Shown: positions 46,424 through 56,157 of the stretch, one piece after another | Numbering within the stretch: the first letter of the stretch is position 1 | Layout: each line of letters begins with the position of its first letter | Assembly: GCA_045653805.1 (NCBI GenBank) | Contig: JAZOMF010000094.1 | Coordinates: 7,438-71,437 of the forward strand | From: Eubacteriales bacterium | GTDB lineage: Bacteria; Bacillota; Clostridia; Oscillospirales; CAG-272 | Reading direction: 5' to 3' | DNA: 64,000 nt | The notes under the pieces: model-generated | Databases searched by the model: none | The model's input: only the letters and a program-made list of their open reading frames with translations | What the model was told of the DNA's origin: nothing | Position numbers and translations under genes: made by a program

Positions 46424-47074
46424 TTAATTGTTGTTTTCTATTGTTTCTGTTGCCATAGCCGCCATCCCTGCGGTGAAGCCTACTTCTTCAACGGCAAGTG
46501 CCTCGGGAGTTGCTTCCTGCGTGGGGGTCAGCTCGGTCTCGGGAAGGTCTTCGAGAGAGGAGAGACCGAATACTCGAAGGAATTTTTCGGTGGTGGTGTA
46601 GAGCATAGGTCTGCCGGGGGCATCGAGACGGGAAAGTGACTCGATAAGTCCCTTGTCGATAAGGGATGTCATAGCGTATGAGGAGTCAACTCCGCGAACC
46701 GCGTCCACGTATGCTCTCGTTACGGGCTGATTGTATGCCACTACTGCCAGAGCTTCCATTGTGGAATTGGAGAGATTTCCTCCGCGCTTGATTCCGAGAG
46801 CTTCTCTTATGTAGGGGAGAAACTCTTCTTTTGTAGCAAATTGGCAGGAGTCGGGGTAGGTGAGGAGCAGAACTCCGCGGCTTGATTTTTCACTGTTATA
46901 GTCGCGGCTCATAGCCTCTACCATATTTTTTACGTCCTTGGGGGAGAGTCCAAGCACCTCGGAGAGCTTTGCATATTCAACGGGGTGACCTGCGGCGTAA
47001 AGGATGGCTTCAATTGCGGCAGTTACCTTTTCAAGAGAGATGCTCTCTATCTGATTTGCGTTTTCCTGACTCAT
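46424..47074 (-). CDS. scpB: SMC-Scp complex subunit ScpB
   Basis: EAILYAAG, EALAVVAYNQPVTR, RGVDS, GRPMLYTTT. Confidence 0.97.
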   Translation of the reverse strand: MSQENANQIESISLEKVTAAIEAILYAAGHPVEYAKLSEVLGLSPKDVKNMVEAMSRDYNSEKSSRGVLLLTYPDSCQFATKEEFLPYIREALGIKRGGNLSNSTMEALAVVAYNQPVTRAYVDAVRGVDSSYAMTSLIDKGLIESLSRLDAPGRPMLYTTTEKFLRVFGLSSLEDLPETELTPTQEATPEALAVEEVGFTAGMAAMATETIENNN

Positions 47075-47916
47075 TTGTCTGTCTCCTTTTCGTCGCTTTC
47101 TTCGTCAAAATTCATTTTTATGGGCTCTGCCGCCTTGTCCTCTTCGGAGGAATAAAGCTCGTTTCCGTTGGCATCCTTTTCCACGTCATCGGGGTTGTCG
47201 TTGATTATAAACGTGGCGTCGTCGCCCAGCAGAGTGCCCTCTGCATCGTAAATGAGTATCTTTCTTATCTTGATAAGCTCCAGCACGCCCAGGAATATTG
47301 CTATCATATCGGGCAGGGAAACGCTGTCGTCAAGCAGCTCCTTGAGGCTGGTGGCCTTCTTTTTTGACATCTTGTTAAGTATTCCCGTGATCTTTACTTC
47401 AACGGGAACGATGGGCGAGCTGATCATAGGTGTAAATACCGATCGCTCGACCTTGGGGCGGCTTTCGTTGTAGGTTACGATACGGCGCACGGCAAGACAA
47501 AGCGATTCAACGTCCTGGTCCAGCACGAAGGTCTTATCTACACTGATCTCATCGGTGGCCTTTTCAAGTCTGCCGCTGTATACTGGGTAAAGCAGAGCCA
47601 TCTTTTTTGCCGCTTCCTTTGCCTGCTGGAATTTTAAGAGGGCGTCGGCAAGGGCTGCTCTGGGGTCTTCCTCCTCAGCCTCGGGCTTGGGAAGAAGAAG
47701 CTTGGATTTTATGAGCATAAGCTCGCTTGCCATAACGATAAATTCGCTTGCAAGCTCCATGTCAAGGCTCTGCGCCTCCTCGATATATTGAATGTACTGC
47801 TCGCAGATAACGTTGATCTGAATATTGTCGATAGACATCTTGTTCTTTTGTATCAGCGAGAGTAACAGGTCCAGAGGCCCTTCGAAAGTCTCAAGACGGT
47901 AGCTTATTGCGTCCAT
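47071..47916 (-). CDS. scpA: Segregation and condensation protein ScpA
   Basis: FEGPLDLLLSLI, LASEFIVMASELMLIKS, FLGVLEL; SD AGGAGG before ATG 47916. Confidence 0.96.
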   Translation of the reverse strand: MDAISYRLETFEGPLDLLLSLIQKNKMSIDNIQINVICEQYIQYIEEAQSLDMELASEFIVMASELMLIKSKLLLPKPEAEEEDPRAALADALLKFQQAKEAAKKMALLYPVYSGRLEKATDEISVDKTFVLDQDVESLCLAVRRIVTYNESRPKVERSVFTPMISSPIVPVEVKITGILNKMSKKKATSLKELLDDSVSLPDMIAIFLGVLELIKIRKILIYDAEGTLLGDDATFIINDNPDDVEKDANGNELYSSEEDKAAEPIKMNFDEESDEKETDK

Positions 47917-47936
47917 AAGGACCTCCTTTCCAAAAG

Positions 47937-48695
47937 TCAGATAAGATTGATGATAAGGACGTGGGCAAACTGCAAAGCTCGGAGAACTCCGTTGACTATT
48001 CCAGCGTATGCATGCTCTGCCAAGAAGCTGAATGGGGAGAAGTTGAAAAGTCTCGAGCATATCATAAGCAGGATCAGCACGCCGAACATAATAAAACGCT
48101 CGTATTTCATTATTCCGAAATACCATCTGGGCGGCAGGAACGTGAAGAAAAAGCGCGAGCCGTCAAAGGGTGGGAGCGGAATAAGGTTGAAAAATGCGTA
48201 GATGAAATTTATAAGACCGAAATAGGTTACAAAATCCTCAAGAACCGAGCGCAGTGCCCAGTAATAAGCAAATTCAGTAATATTAGGAGCGTAAGCGGGA
48301 ATTATAATTTCCGTGAAATAAAGAAATGTCCCTGCCGCAATAGCGCCAATGGCACCGAAAAGCATATTGGAAAGCGGTCCCGCGATAGCGGTCAGAGCCA
48401 TACCCCATTTGGGATTTTTGAAGTTTCTCGCATTGATCGGTACGGGCTTTGCCCAGCCAAATCCGAAAACAAGCATCATAAGAGTACCAAAGGGATCGAG
48501 ATGCTTGGCGGGATTGAGGGTCACTCTACCCAGATTGTACGCAGTACGGTCGCCCATCATATAAGCCACTAATCCGTGAGCAGCCTCGTGAGCGGAAAGG
48601 GCAAAAAGCACTACGGGGAACATAAGGAGAAGCTGGATTATAAGGTTTCTCCAATCGCCCGTTGCAAAGCCCTCGGTAATAATGGAAATAAGCAT
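47937..48695 (-). CDS. Site-2 protease (M50) family membrane metalloprotease
   Basis: HEAAH, TLNPAKHLDPFG, AGPLSN, FNLIPLPPFDG. Confidence 0.94.
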   Translation of the reverse strand: MLISIITEGFATGDWRNLIIQLLLMFPVVLFALSAHEAAHGLVAYMMGDRTAYNLGRVTLNPAKHLDPFGTLMMLVFGFGWAKPVPINARNFKNPKWGMALTAIAGPLSNMLFGAIGAIAAGTFLYFTEIIIPAYAPNITEFAYYWALRSVLEDFVTYFGLINFIYAFFNLIPLPPFDGSRFFFTFLPPRWYFGIMKYERFIMFGVLILLMICSRLFNFSPFSFLAEHAYAGIVNGVLRALQFAHVLIINLI

Positions 48696-48713
48696 TTTTG
48701 CCTCCGTAAAAAA

Positions 48714-49322
48714 TTACAGCTTAATATCGGAGAGGTCAGCGATGGCGCACCAAAGCTCCTGCTTTCCTTCGCCCTTAAGCGAGGAAAAGGGGATTATGGG
48801 AGTGCCCTCGGCGATAATGGGGTCGCCGCTTATCTTTTCGATGCAAGCGGCTCTGTCGGTTTTGTTAAGCTTGTCGATTTTGGTGATAACTATGATGTAG
48901 GGGATGCCTGCACTGTTCATATAGTTTATCATCATCGTGTCGTCCTTGGTGATACAAGCGCGGCTGTCGATAAGCTGAACTACGCCTCGAACAAGGTCGA
49001 TGTTCTTGTTTTTGGTGAAGTAGCCGTCGGTCAGAGAAGACCACTGCTGCTTGTTATCGTGATTTCTTGCCGCAAAGCCGTATCCGGGAAGGTCAACGAG
49101 GAAAAGCTTTTTGTCTACCTCATAGAAATTGACGGTTATAGTCTTACCGGGAGTTGCAGACACTCTTGCCAAGCTCTTTCTTCCGAGAAGAGTGTTGATA
49201 AGTGAGCTCTTGCCCACGTTGGAGCGACCCGAGAGAGCCACCTGGGGAATAGGGTCGGTGGGGAACTGGCTTGCAAAGCCGGCGGTCATTTTAAGATTTA
49301 CGTTTTGTGTATTAAGTGCCAT
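48714..49322 (-). CDS. engB: Ribosome biogenesis GTPase YihA/YsxC
   Basis: GRSNVGKSSLIN, PGKT, DLPGYG, TKIDK. Confidence 0.96.
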   Translation of the reverse strand: MALNTQNVNLKMTAGFASQFPTDPIPQVALSGRSNVGKSSLINTLLGRKSLARVSATPGKTITVNFYEVDKKLFLVDLPGYGFAARNHDNKQQWSSLTDGYFTKNKNIDLVRGVVQLIDSRACITKDDTMMINYMNSAGIPYIIVITKIDKLNKTDRAACIEKISGDPIIAEGTPIIPFSSLKGEGKQELWCAIADLSDIKL

Positions 49323-49359
49323 AATTATGCCTTTCGATGTTACCTAAAGCAAGATAAGC

Positions 49360-51801
49360 TTACTTTTCACATTTTGCCCGTCTTGCGGCGGGAGATTTTC
49401 TGCTTGTTTGAGGAATGGACACCTCGCTCCCCACGTCAGCTTTATAGTAGACCTTCTTTTCGAAGGAGCTTTCGCGTGCAAGAGCGTTTGTAAGTACCTC
49501 GTGAGCGCGACTGCAGGGGATAAAGATCACGTTTTCGCGAACCACGGGGTCAACCTCATTAAGGTCTTTGAGATTGTCGGCGGGGATGATGATGGTGCGA
49601 ACACCTGCACTATATGCCGCCATAGTCTTTTCACGGAGTCCGCCGATGGGGAGAACATTGCCGCGAATGGTGATCTCACCTGTCATGGAAACATCGCGGC
49701 GAACGGGAATGCCCGACAATGCACTGATAATAGCAGTGAGAGTAGTTATACCTGCAGAGGGGCCGTCCTTGGGAACTGCGCCCTCGGGGAAGTGGATATG
49801 TATATCCTTCTTGGTGTAAAAATCGGGGCTGATACCGTATTCGGTTGCAACCTGACGTGAGTAGGTAATGGCCGCGTGAGCGGATTCCTTCATTACGTCG
49901 CCAAGGGATCCGGTAAGCTCAAGCTTGCCGGTGCCATCCATAACGGCGCACTCAACCTTAAGCAGGTCGCCGCCTGACTGGGTGTATGCCATTCCGTTGA
50001 CAACTCCAACCTCGTCGTGTTGAGAGATGGTTTCGGGAATGATCTTCTTGGGGCCGAGTAGTAACTTGAGATCCTCGGGTTTTACGGTGATCTTTGCCTC
50101 TCCCGCCTCTATAATGCGCTTTGCCGCCTTACGGCAGATAGCCGCAAGCTCTCGTTCAAGGTTACGCACGCCCGACTCGCGGGTGTAGCAATCGATAACG
50201 TCGGAAAGCGCCGCGTCGGTGATACGAAGCATTTTCTTGGTAAGACCGTGACGGGTAAGCTGCTTGGGAATAAGGTGATTTTTCGCAATACCGATCTTCT
50301 GGCTCTTGGTGTAAGTGTGAAGCTCGATTATCTCCATACGGTCGATAAGGGGGCGGGGAACGGTGTCAAGAGTATTTGCAGTAGCGATAAATACGCAATC
50401 GGAAAGGTCGAAGGGAAGTTCAACGAAGTGATCTCTGAAGAACTTGTTCTGCTCGGGGTCGAGAACTTCAAGCATAGCGCTTGCAGGGTCGCCTCTGCCA
50501 TCGTTTGCCATCTTGTCGATCTCGTCGAAGAGTATCAAGGGGTTTTTAACGCCGGCTTGAGTTACTGCCGCGATGATTCGACCGGGCATAGCACCGATGT
50601 AGGTCTTTCTGTGACCGCGTATGTCTGCTTCATCGCGCACACCTCCGAGAGAAACGCGAACATACTCTCGCTTCATAGCACGAGCAAGGGAGGCGGCAAT
50701 AGAAGTCTTACCTACGCCGGGAGGGCCGTAGAGGCAGATAATCTGCCCTTTAAGATCGGGGTTGAGCTGTTTAACTGCGAGGTATTCAAGAAGACGTTCC
50801 TTAACGTCTTCAAGCCCCTCGTGGTCGGCGTCAAGTATCTTTTTAGCCGCCTTTACGTCGGTTCTGTCCTTGGTAGACTTGTTCCACGGTATATCAAGGC
50901 ACACGTCAAGGTAATTGGAAATAACGGTCGCCTCGGCACTTCCAAAGGGTGAGCGAGCAAGGCGGTCGTTCTCCTTGAGAAGCTTCTTTCTAACCTCCTC
51001 GGAAAGCTCTGCCTTCATTATTCTTTCATAATATTCCTCTGTGTCGGAGATTCCATCGCCAAGCTCCTCTTGGATGGATTTCATTTCCTCACGGAGATAA
51101 TACTCTCTCTGACCCTTGTTGATTCTCTCGCGGGTCTTTTTGTGGAGCTCGTTTTCAAGTTTAAGAAGTTCTATCTCTTCTTCGGCTATATCAAGCACCA
51201 GCTCGATTCTGCGATAGGGCTCGAAAACACCGAGAACGTCCAGCTTGTCCTCGTACTTTACGAAGAGATTGGACGTGATAACGTCAGCCAAGAGAGCGGG
51301 ATTTTTAATTGACTTGAAGGTAGGAATTATGTTCTCTGCGGGGGGAGGGAGCAGCTTTGCCATTTGTGTAGCCGCCTGAGTGAGGCGACGGACGTATGCC
51401 TGATCCTTTACGCCGGGAGTGTCGGGCAGGGATACAGTCTTGCAGATAACATCTGCGGTATTGTATTTTCCGGTTTTGCGGTAGGAGGAGACGATAGCTC
51501 TTGACATACCCTCTGCGATACAACGGATAGTCTTTTCACCTGCGTTTACAAGCTGCTTAATTTTGATAACCGTGCCCACCTCAAAGAGCTGAGGCTCGGT
51601 GTTGCCGTTCTCGTCATCAGGCTTGACAGGAACAGCCACTGCGTATTTTGAGCCCTCAAATGCCTCTCTGAGCGCGTCACAGGAGCCAAGGTCGTTGTCC
51701 CCAACCTCGAGATTGATTATCTCGCCGGGAAACGCGACCGTGGAGCTGAGCGCCACCAGGGGAAGCGAGAGCTTTTCGGCTTTAACTGTATATTCTGACA
51801 T
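49360..51801 (-). CDS. lon: ATP-dependent Lon protease
   Basis: GPPGVGKTS, FDEIDK, PKDGPSAG, IGGLREK; SD GGAG favours ATG 51801 over TTG 51816. Confidence 0.97.
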   Translation of the reverse strand: MSEYTVKAEKLSLPLVALSSTVAFPGEIINLEVGDNDLGSCDALREAFEGSKYAVAVPVKPDDENGNTEPQLFEVGTVIKIKQLVNAGEKTIRCIAEGMSRAIVSSYRKTGKYNTADVICKTVSLPDTPGVKDQAYVRRLTQAATQMAKLLPPPAENIIPTFKSIKNPALLADVITSNLFVKYEDKLDVLGVFEPYRRIELVLDIAEEEIELLKLENELHKKTRERINKGQREYYLREEMKSIQEELGDGISDTEEYYERIMKAELSEEVRKKLLKENDRLARSPFGSAEATVISNYLDVCLDIPWNKSTKDRTDVKAAKKILDADHEGLEDVKERLLEYLAVKQLNPDLKGQIICLYGPPGVGKTSIAASLARAMKREYVRVSLGGVRDEADIRGHRKTYIGAMPGRIIAAVTQAGVKNPLILFDEIDKMANDGRGDPASAMLEVLDPEQNKFFRDHFVELPFDLSDCVFIATANTLDTVPRPLIDRMEIIELHTYTKSQKIGIAKNHLIPKQLTRHGLTKKMLRITDAALSDVIDCYTRESGVRNLERELAAICRKAAKRIIEAGEAKITVKPEDLKLLLGPKKIIPETISQHDEVGVVNGMAYTQSGGDLLKVECAVMDGTGKLELTGSLGDVMKESAHAAITYSRQVATEYGISPDFYTKKDIHIHFPEGAVPKDGPSAGITTLTAIISALSGIPVRRDVSMTGEITIRGNVLPIGGLREKTMAAYSAGVRTIIIPADNLKDLNEVDPVVRENVIFIPCSRAHEVLTNALARESSFEKKVYYKADVGSEVSIPQTSRKSPAARRAKCEK

Positions 51802-51977
51802 TAAGTAATTCTCCAATCTATGTGTTTGTGCGTATATAATAGGTGCCTTTCGGCGGAATTTTACAGTATAATTATACTATTATATCATTATACCACATAG
51901 GCAACGAAATTTCCACCCCTTTTTAATAATTTTTACAATTTGTACAATATAATATATATCGTATAGCGGAAAACAAT

Positions 51978-52003
51978 AAAAAAACGGGGAAGATCCCCGT
52001 TTT
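51978..52003 (-). terminator. Strong minus-strand terminator upstream of lon
   Basis: Minus strand AAAACGGGGA-TCT-TCCCCG followed by T7. Confidence 0.75.
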
Positions 52004-52139
52004 CTGTCAAATAAAAGGTATAAAAAAAGCACAACAGGCGGTTTTAAGTGCGCTCGGATATCATTAGATTGATATTTCGCTAAAAACCAGCAAGCTGTGC
52101 AGGGATAAGTGACCGACGCGGATCGGTGTCTTATCGGGA
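51978..52139 (-). ncRNA. Candidate stand-alone structured small RNA
   Basis: Own promoter, two hairpin domains, U7 tract and a second terminator; no SD-led ORF. Confidence 0.45.
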
Positions 52140-52144
52140 ATTCT

Positions 52145-52173
52145 ATTATACACCTCTGCCGTGAATTTGTAAA
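52145..52173 (-). promoter_or_regulatory. sigma-A promoter of the candidate sRNA
   Basis: Minus strand TTTACA, 17 bp, TATAAT. Confidence 0.65.
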
Positions 52174-52373
52174 TATCCATTTTGCACGATTTTTCGTCAA
52201 ATTTTTTGTGCAAAAAACGGAGTGGTAGATTTTAACTCGATTTGTCGTAGTGGTTTTTGTTGCTTTTGCATAACTTGAAGTGTCGTAGTGAATTTATAAG
52301 ATTTTAAATTTCCTTATGCCACAAGGGAAAATGCAATTTTGAAAGAAAATTTGAGATTTTTTCTGAAAAACTA

Positions 52374-52402
52374 TTGACAAAACGTTTTGTGTGTGGTATA
52401 AT
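52374..52402 (+). promoter_or_regulatory. Consensus sigma-A promoter of infC-rpmI-rplT
   Basis: TTGACA, 17 bp, TATAAT with extended TG. Confidence 0.85.
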
Positions 52403-52416
52403 AATCGCCGTAAACA

Positions 52417-52541
52417 AAGAGAAGTTCCGCTTCCACCTCATCGCAAGGCGCATGTTGGTCAATATGCATTCCCTATAATTAATGGGAAAAGTCCGTACAA
52501 ATACGGATGTGCGCGCGGGACTTTAGGTTCTGCGTTTTTTT
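52417..52541 (+). promoter_or_regulatory. L20 leader (ribosomal protein autoregulation)
   Basis: AGAAGTTCCGCTTCCACCTC...GCGGG blocks and terminal hairpin plus T tract directly upstream of infC, as in the Bacillota L20 leader. Confidence 0.75.
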
Positions 52542-52601
52542 ATGCAAACATTCCACAAGTTTGTGGAATGTAAGTATTCTATTCATTGGAGGTGTGTACC
52601 C

Positions 52602-53138
52602 ATAGCAGCAAATAATTCAAAGGAGACTCTCACAAATGAGGATATAAACTTCCCTCAGGTAAGAGTTATCGGATCCGATGGCGAACAGCTTGGCATTATG
52701 AGCTCTGACCAGGCTCTTAAAATGGCATACGACAAGGGGCTCGACCTCTGTCTTATGACTGCGCAGGCAAATCCCCCCGTGTGTAAGATTATGGACTTCG
52801 GAAAGTTCCGTTTTGAGCGTGAAAAGCGCGAGAAGGAAGCAAAGAAGAAGCAGCAGGTAGTTGAGCTTAAGGAAATTCAGCTCTCTCCCAGGATCGATAC
52901 TCACGATTTTGAGACCAAGGCTAAGCATGCGCGCAAGTTCCTTGAGTCCGGAAATAAGGTTCGCGTGGTTATGAGATTGCGCGGACGTGAAATGAGCCAT
53001 ATGGCTATTGGACGTGAGATTATCGACAAGTTCGCTGATATCTGCTCCGAGGTTGGAACAGTTGATAAAAAGCCCGCTGTTGACGGACGTATCATGAGCA
53101 TGGTAATCAATCCCGTTAACACCAAGTCGGGTAAATAA
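52602..53138 (+). CDS. infC: Translation initiation factor IF-3 (ATA start)
   Basis: NEDINFPQVRVIG, PPVCKIMDFGK, KVRVVMRLRGRE; SD GGAGGTG 7 nt before ATA. Confidence 0.96.
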   Translation: MAANNSKETLTNEDINFPQVRVIGSDGEQLGIMSSDQALKMAYDKGLDLCLMTAQANPPVCKIMDFGKFRFEREKREKEAKKKQQVVELKEIQLSPRIDTHDFETKAKHARKFLESGNKVRVVMRLRGREMSHMAIGREIIDKFADICSEVGTVDKKPAVDGRIMSMVINPVNTKSGK

Positions 53139-53174
53139 TAATTAGAAAATTTTTAGTATAAGGAGAATATAAAA

Positions 53175-53369
53175 ATGGGAAAAGTCAAGACACATAAGGC
53201 TTCTGCCAAGAGATTTTCGGTTACCGGTACAGGCAAGGTTAAGATGAACCACTGCCACCACCGCCACAATTTGGGTCTTAAGACTCAGAAGAGAAAGAGA
53301 CACCTCCGTTCCGGCGCAATCATGAGCGAGGCTATGGCGCCCAACATCAGAGTGCTCATCCAGAAGTAA
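53175..53369 (+). CDS. rpmI: 50S ribosomal protein L35
   Basis: KVKTHKASAKRF..TGTGKV, KRKRHLR. Confidence 0.97.
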   Translation: MGKVKTHKASAKRFSVTGTGKVKMNHCHHRHNLGLKTQKRKRHLRSGAIMSEAMAPNIRVLIQK

Positions 53370-53403
53370 TTTGAAAAAGTAATCGAGAAAGGAATAAAGA
53401 AAA

Positions 53404-53757
53404 ATGGCAAGAGTTAAGGGCGCTATGATGACGCGCAAGAGAAGAAAGAAGATATTGAAGGCAGCGAAGGGCTATTGGGGCGCAAAGTCCAAGCACTTTA
53501 AGATGGCTAAGCAGGCCGTACTTAAGAGCGGAAACTACGCTTTCGCCGGCCGTAAGATGAAGAAGAGAGACATGAGAAGACTCTGGATCACCAGAATCAG
53601 CGCTCAGGCAAAGGTTTGCGGTATGAACTACTCCACCTTTATGAACGGTCTCAAGAAGGCAAACATCACTCTCAACAGAAAGATGCTTGCTGAGCTCGCA
53701 GTTAACGATAAGGCAGCTTTCGCAGCTCTCGCAGAGCAGGCTAAGGCAGCTCTTTAA
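53404..53757 (+). CDS. rplT: 50S ribosomal protein L20
   Basis: [31 protein letters not shown]. Confidence 0.98.
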   Translation: MARVKGAMMTRKRRKKILKAAKGYWGAKSKHFKMAKQAVLKSGNYAFAGRKMKKRDMRRLWITRISAQAKVCGMNYSTFMNGLKKANITLNRKMLAELAVNDKAAFAALAEQAKAAL

Positions 53758-53770
53758 TTAAACTGAATAC

Positions 53771-53801
53771 AAAACCCGGTAATGGATATTACTGGGTTTT
53801 T
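53771..53801 (+). terminator. Terminator after rplT
   Basis: AAAACCCGGTAAT / ATTACTGGGTTTT. Confidence 0.8.
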
Positions 53802-53921
53802 GTCATAGTTAGGGAATTTTTAATTTTGCTGAAAGTGGCTGTTTTTAGCTGAATTTTAGCATAAAAACATCCAATTTTGGATAATTTTGGTGATAAAATC
53901 TTGGAAGGAGGCAGACTTGAT

Positions 53922-54776
53922 ATGTTTATAAGCAGAGAGGTCATTACGTCACCGCAGAACAAATACGTCAGCCTCGCCCGAGGTTTGAGCAATAAAAAGA
54001 ACAGAGAAAAAGAGCAAAAATTCCGTTTTGACGGCATCAAATTGATGTGCGAAGCGCTGAAAAAAGGCGTTTGCATCAGCTTTATTTTGGCGTCGGATAA
54101 GGAGTGGAGCTCTGTGCTTGAAAAGGCAGAAAAGCTTTACGGCATAAAGGAAAATGATATAAATTGTCCCGTTATTTCGGTTGAAACCTCACTTTTTGAA
54201 AAATTGAGCGAGGAAATGGCTCCCGAGGGAGTTATTTGCGTTGCTGAATACGAAAAGGAACTTCATTCCGATGTTAGCGCGGACGAGCGTTTTTCTTGTG
54301 AAGCACACGAAAAAATACTTATTCTCGAGTCGGTAAGAGACCCTCAAAACGTGGGCGCTATAGTCCGTGTTGCGGCAGCGTTTGGAGTTGACCGCATCGT
54401 TATGAGCAAGGATTGTGCCGACATCTACAATTCAAAGACAATACGCGCCTCTATGGGCACTGTATTTTCCAAGCGCATTGATAGGGTATCTGATATGCCT
54501 TGTGTCGTAAAGGATATTCAAGGTTCAGTCAGAAGAGTTTTTGCTGCGGCACTTGAGAGAGATTCTGAAAAGCTGGGCGAACTTCAGCTTCGGACTGGCG
54601 ATTGTGTTATCATTGGAAATGAGGGACACGGACTTAGCCGTGAGGTCATTGAGGCTTGTGACGGAACCGTGTTTATCCCTATGGCGGATGGCGTAGAGTC
54701 GTTGAATGCGGCTACTGCGGCGGCAGTATTGGTTTGGGAATTCTTTAGGCCGACACATAACGGAGGTGCCGTATGA
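53922..54776 (+). CDS. TrmH/SpoU family RNA methyltransferase
   Basis: ITSPQN, LESVRDPQNVGAIVR, IGNEGHG, IPMADGVESLNAA. Confidence 0.93.
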   Translation: MFISREVITSPQNKYVSLARGLSNKKNREKEQKFRFDGIKLMCEALKKGVCISFILASDKEWSSVLEKAEKLYGIKENDINCPVISVETSLFEKLSEEMAPEGVICVAEYEKELHSDVSADERFSCEAHEKILILESVRDPQNVGAIVRVAAAFGVDRIVMSKDCADIYNSKTIRASMGTVFSKRIDRVSDMPCVVKDIQGSVRRVFAAALERDSEKLGELQLRTGDCVIIGNEGHGLSREVIEACDGTVFIPMADGVESLNAATAAAVLVWEFFRPTHNGGAV

Positions 54777-56122
54777 ACAGTACTTTAAAGTGGATTTGGC
54801 TTGCGGAAAAGTGCGGTGCGGGTAGCACCGAGTTGATTCGCCTTATAGAAAAGCTGGGAAATATTGATAATATTTTCGATGCAGATTATGATGGCTATTC
54901 GGAAACAGGCATCAGTGAGCGACTTTGTGAGGATCTTTGTGATAAGGATCTTGAAAAGTCTATGAAGATACTTTCATATTGCCAGAGCTCAGGAGTTTTT
55001 GTGCTGACCTACGATAGTGAGAAATATCCCGTTAGTCTTCGCTCTTTGAAGGATCCTCCTGCGGTGCTTTACGGTATCGGAGAGCTTCCTGATCTGAATA
55101 ATCAACTCTGTATCTCTATAGTAGGCACTCGCACGATGAGTGAATACGGCATGAGAGCGGCGTATAAAATAGCATATGAGGTAGCATCTACCGGTGCGGT
55201 GATTGTCAGTGGAATGGCGCTGGGAATAGACGGAATTGCATCCTGCGCGGCAATAGCGGCGGGCGGCAAAACGGTAGCGGTGATGGGATGCGGAATCGAC
55301 CGCATATATCCCCCAACACATAAAAAGATTTGGGAGGCAATAAGAAGACACGGTGCCATCATTACCGAGTATGCGCCTACTACCCCACCTTTCGGTTCTA
55401 ATTTTCCTAAGAGAAACCGTATAATCAGCGGTCTCGGACAAGGGACAGTGGTTATTGATGCCGATTTAGACAGCGGAGCGATGATAACCGCAAAACGTGC
55501 TATATTGCAAGGACGTGATATTTATGCCGTTCCTGCCAATATAGATTCTCAAAATTCCTCGGGAACCAACAGTCTTATCCGCGACGGAGCACAAGCGGTA
55601 CTCTGCGGCAACGATATAATCCGCAATTATATGTACCTATACCGTGATCGATTGAACACGGTGGCACTTATGAAGGCGGAGAAGAAATCCGATATCGATA
55701 TCGATTTCGTAAGCCGTATGGGTGTAGCAATGAAAACGACTTCGGGCGGACTGAAAAAGAACGTTACGGATAATCCTCCCGCGGAGAAAAAGCCTGCCGC
55801 AAAGCCCAAGGCTGTCAAAAACGAGGATGAGACCAAAGCACCCGTTACGTCGGTAAAGAATGCTCCTTCTGCCGCCAACACGGTTGAGGTCAATCCCTCA
55901 CCTACGCCCGAGAAACGCGGAGACGACTCTGCCGCCGCTCTTGCTAAATTGAGCGAAAAGCAGAGAAAGATATTCGACGAAATGCCCCTCGACAGAGCGG
56001 TAACGGTTGACTATCTCACCAAAACCGGCTTTGCCCTTGGTGAGGTCATTTCAGCGCTTACGGTTTTAGAGATCAAAGGACTTGTGTCCTCTCTGCCGGG
56101 TGCGCTTTACATAAGAAAGTAA
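54773..56122 (+). CDS. dprA: DNA-processing protein DprA
   Basis: SIVGTR, VSGMALGID, AVMGCG, FPKRNRIISG, SGAMITA; C-terminal winged helix. Confidence 0.96.
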   Translation: MNSTLKWIWLAEKCGAGSTELIRLIEKLGNIDNIFDADYDGYSETGISERLCEDLCDKDLEKSMKILSYCQSSGVFVLTYDSEKYPVSLRSLKDPPAVLYGIGELPDLNNQLCISIVGTRTMSEYGMRAAYKIAYEVASTGAVIVSGMALGIDGIASCAAIAAGGKTVAVMGCGIDRIYPPTHKKIWEAIRRHGAIITEYAPTTPPFGSNFPKRNRIISGLGQGTVVIDADLDSGAMITAKRAILQGRDIYAVPANIDSQNSSGTNSLIRDGAQAVLCGNDIIRNYMYLYRDRLNTVALMKAEKKSDIDIDFVSRMGVAMKTTSGGLKKNVTDNPPAEKKPAAKPKAVKNEDETKAPVTSVKNAPSAANTVEVNPSPTPEKRGDDSAAALAKLSEKQRKIFDEMPLDRAVTVDYLTKTGFALGEVISALTVLEIKGLVSSLPGALYIRK

Positions 56123-56157
56123 TTCAGTAATCGTATTGAAAGGATATATATACTTTA

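Noticed and set aside
51880-52200. 106-aa minus-strand ORF upstream of lon
   Set aside because: Runs through a promoter, hairpins and a terminator, has no SD and has low-information composition; the region is better explained as non-coding.
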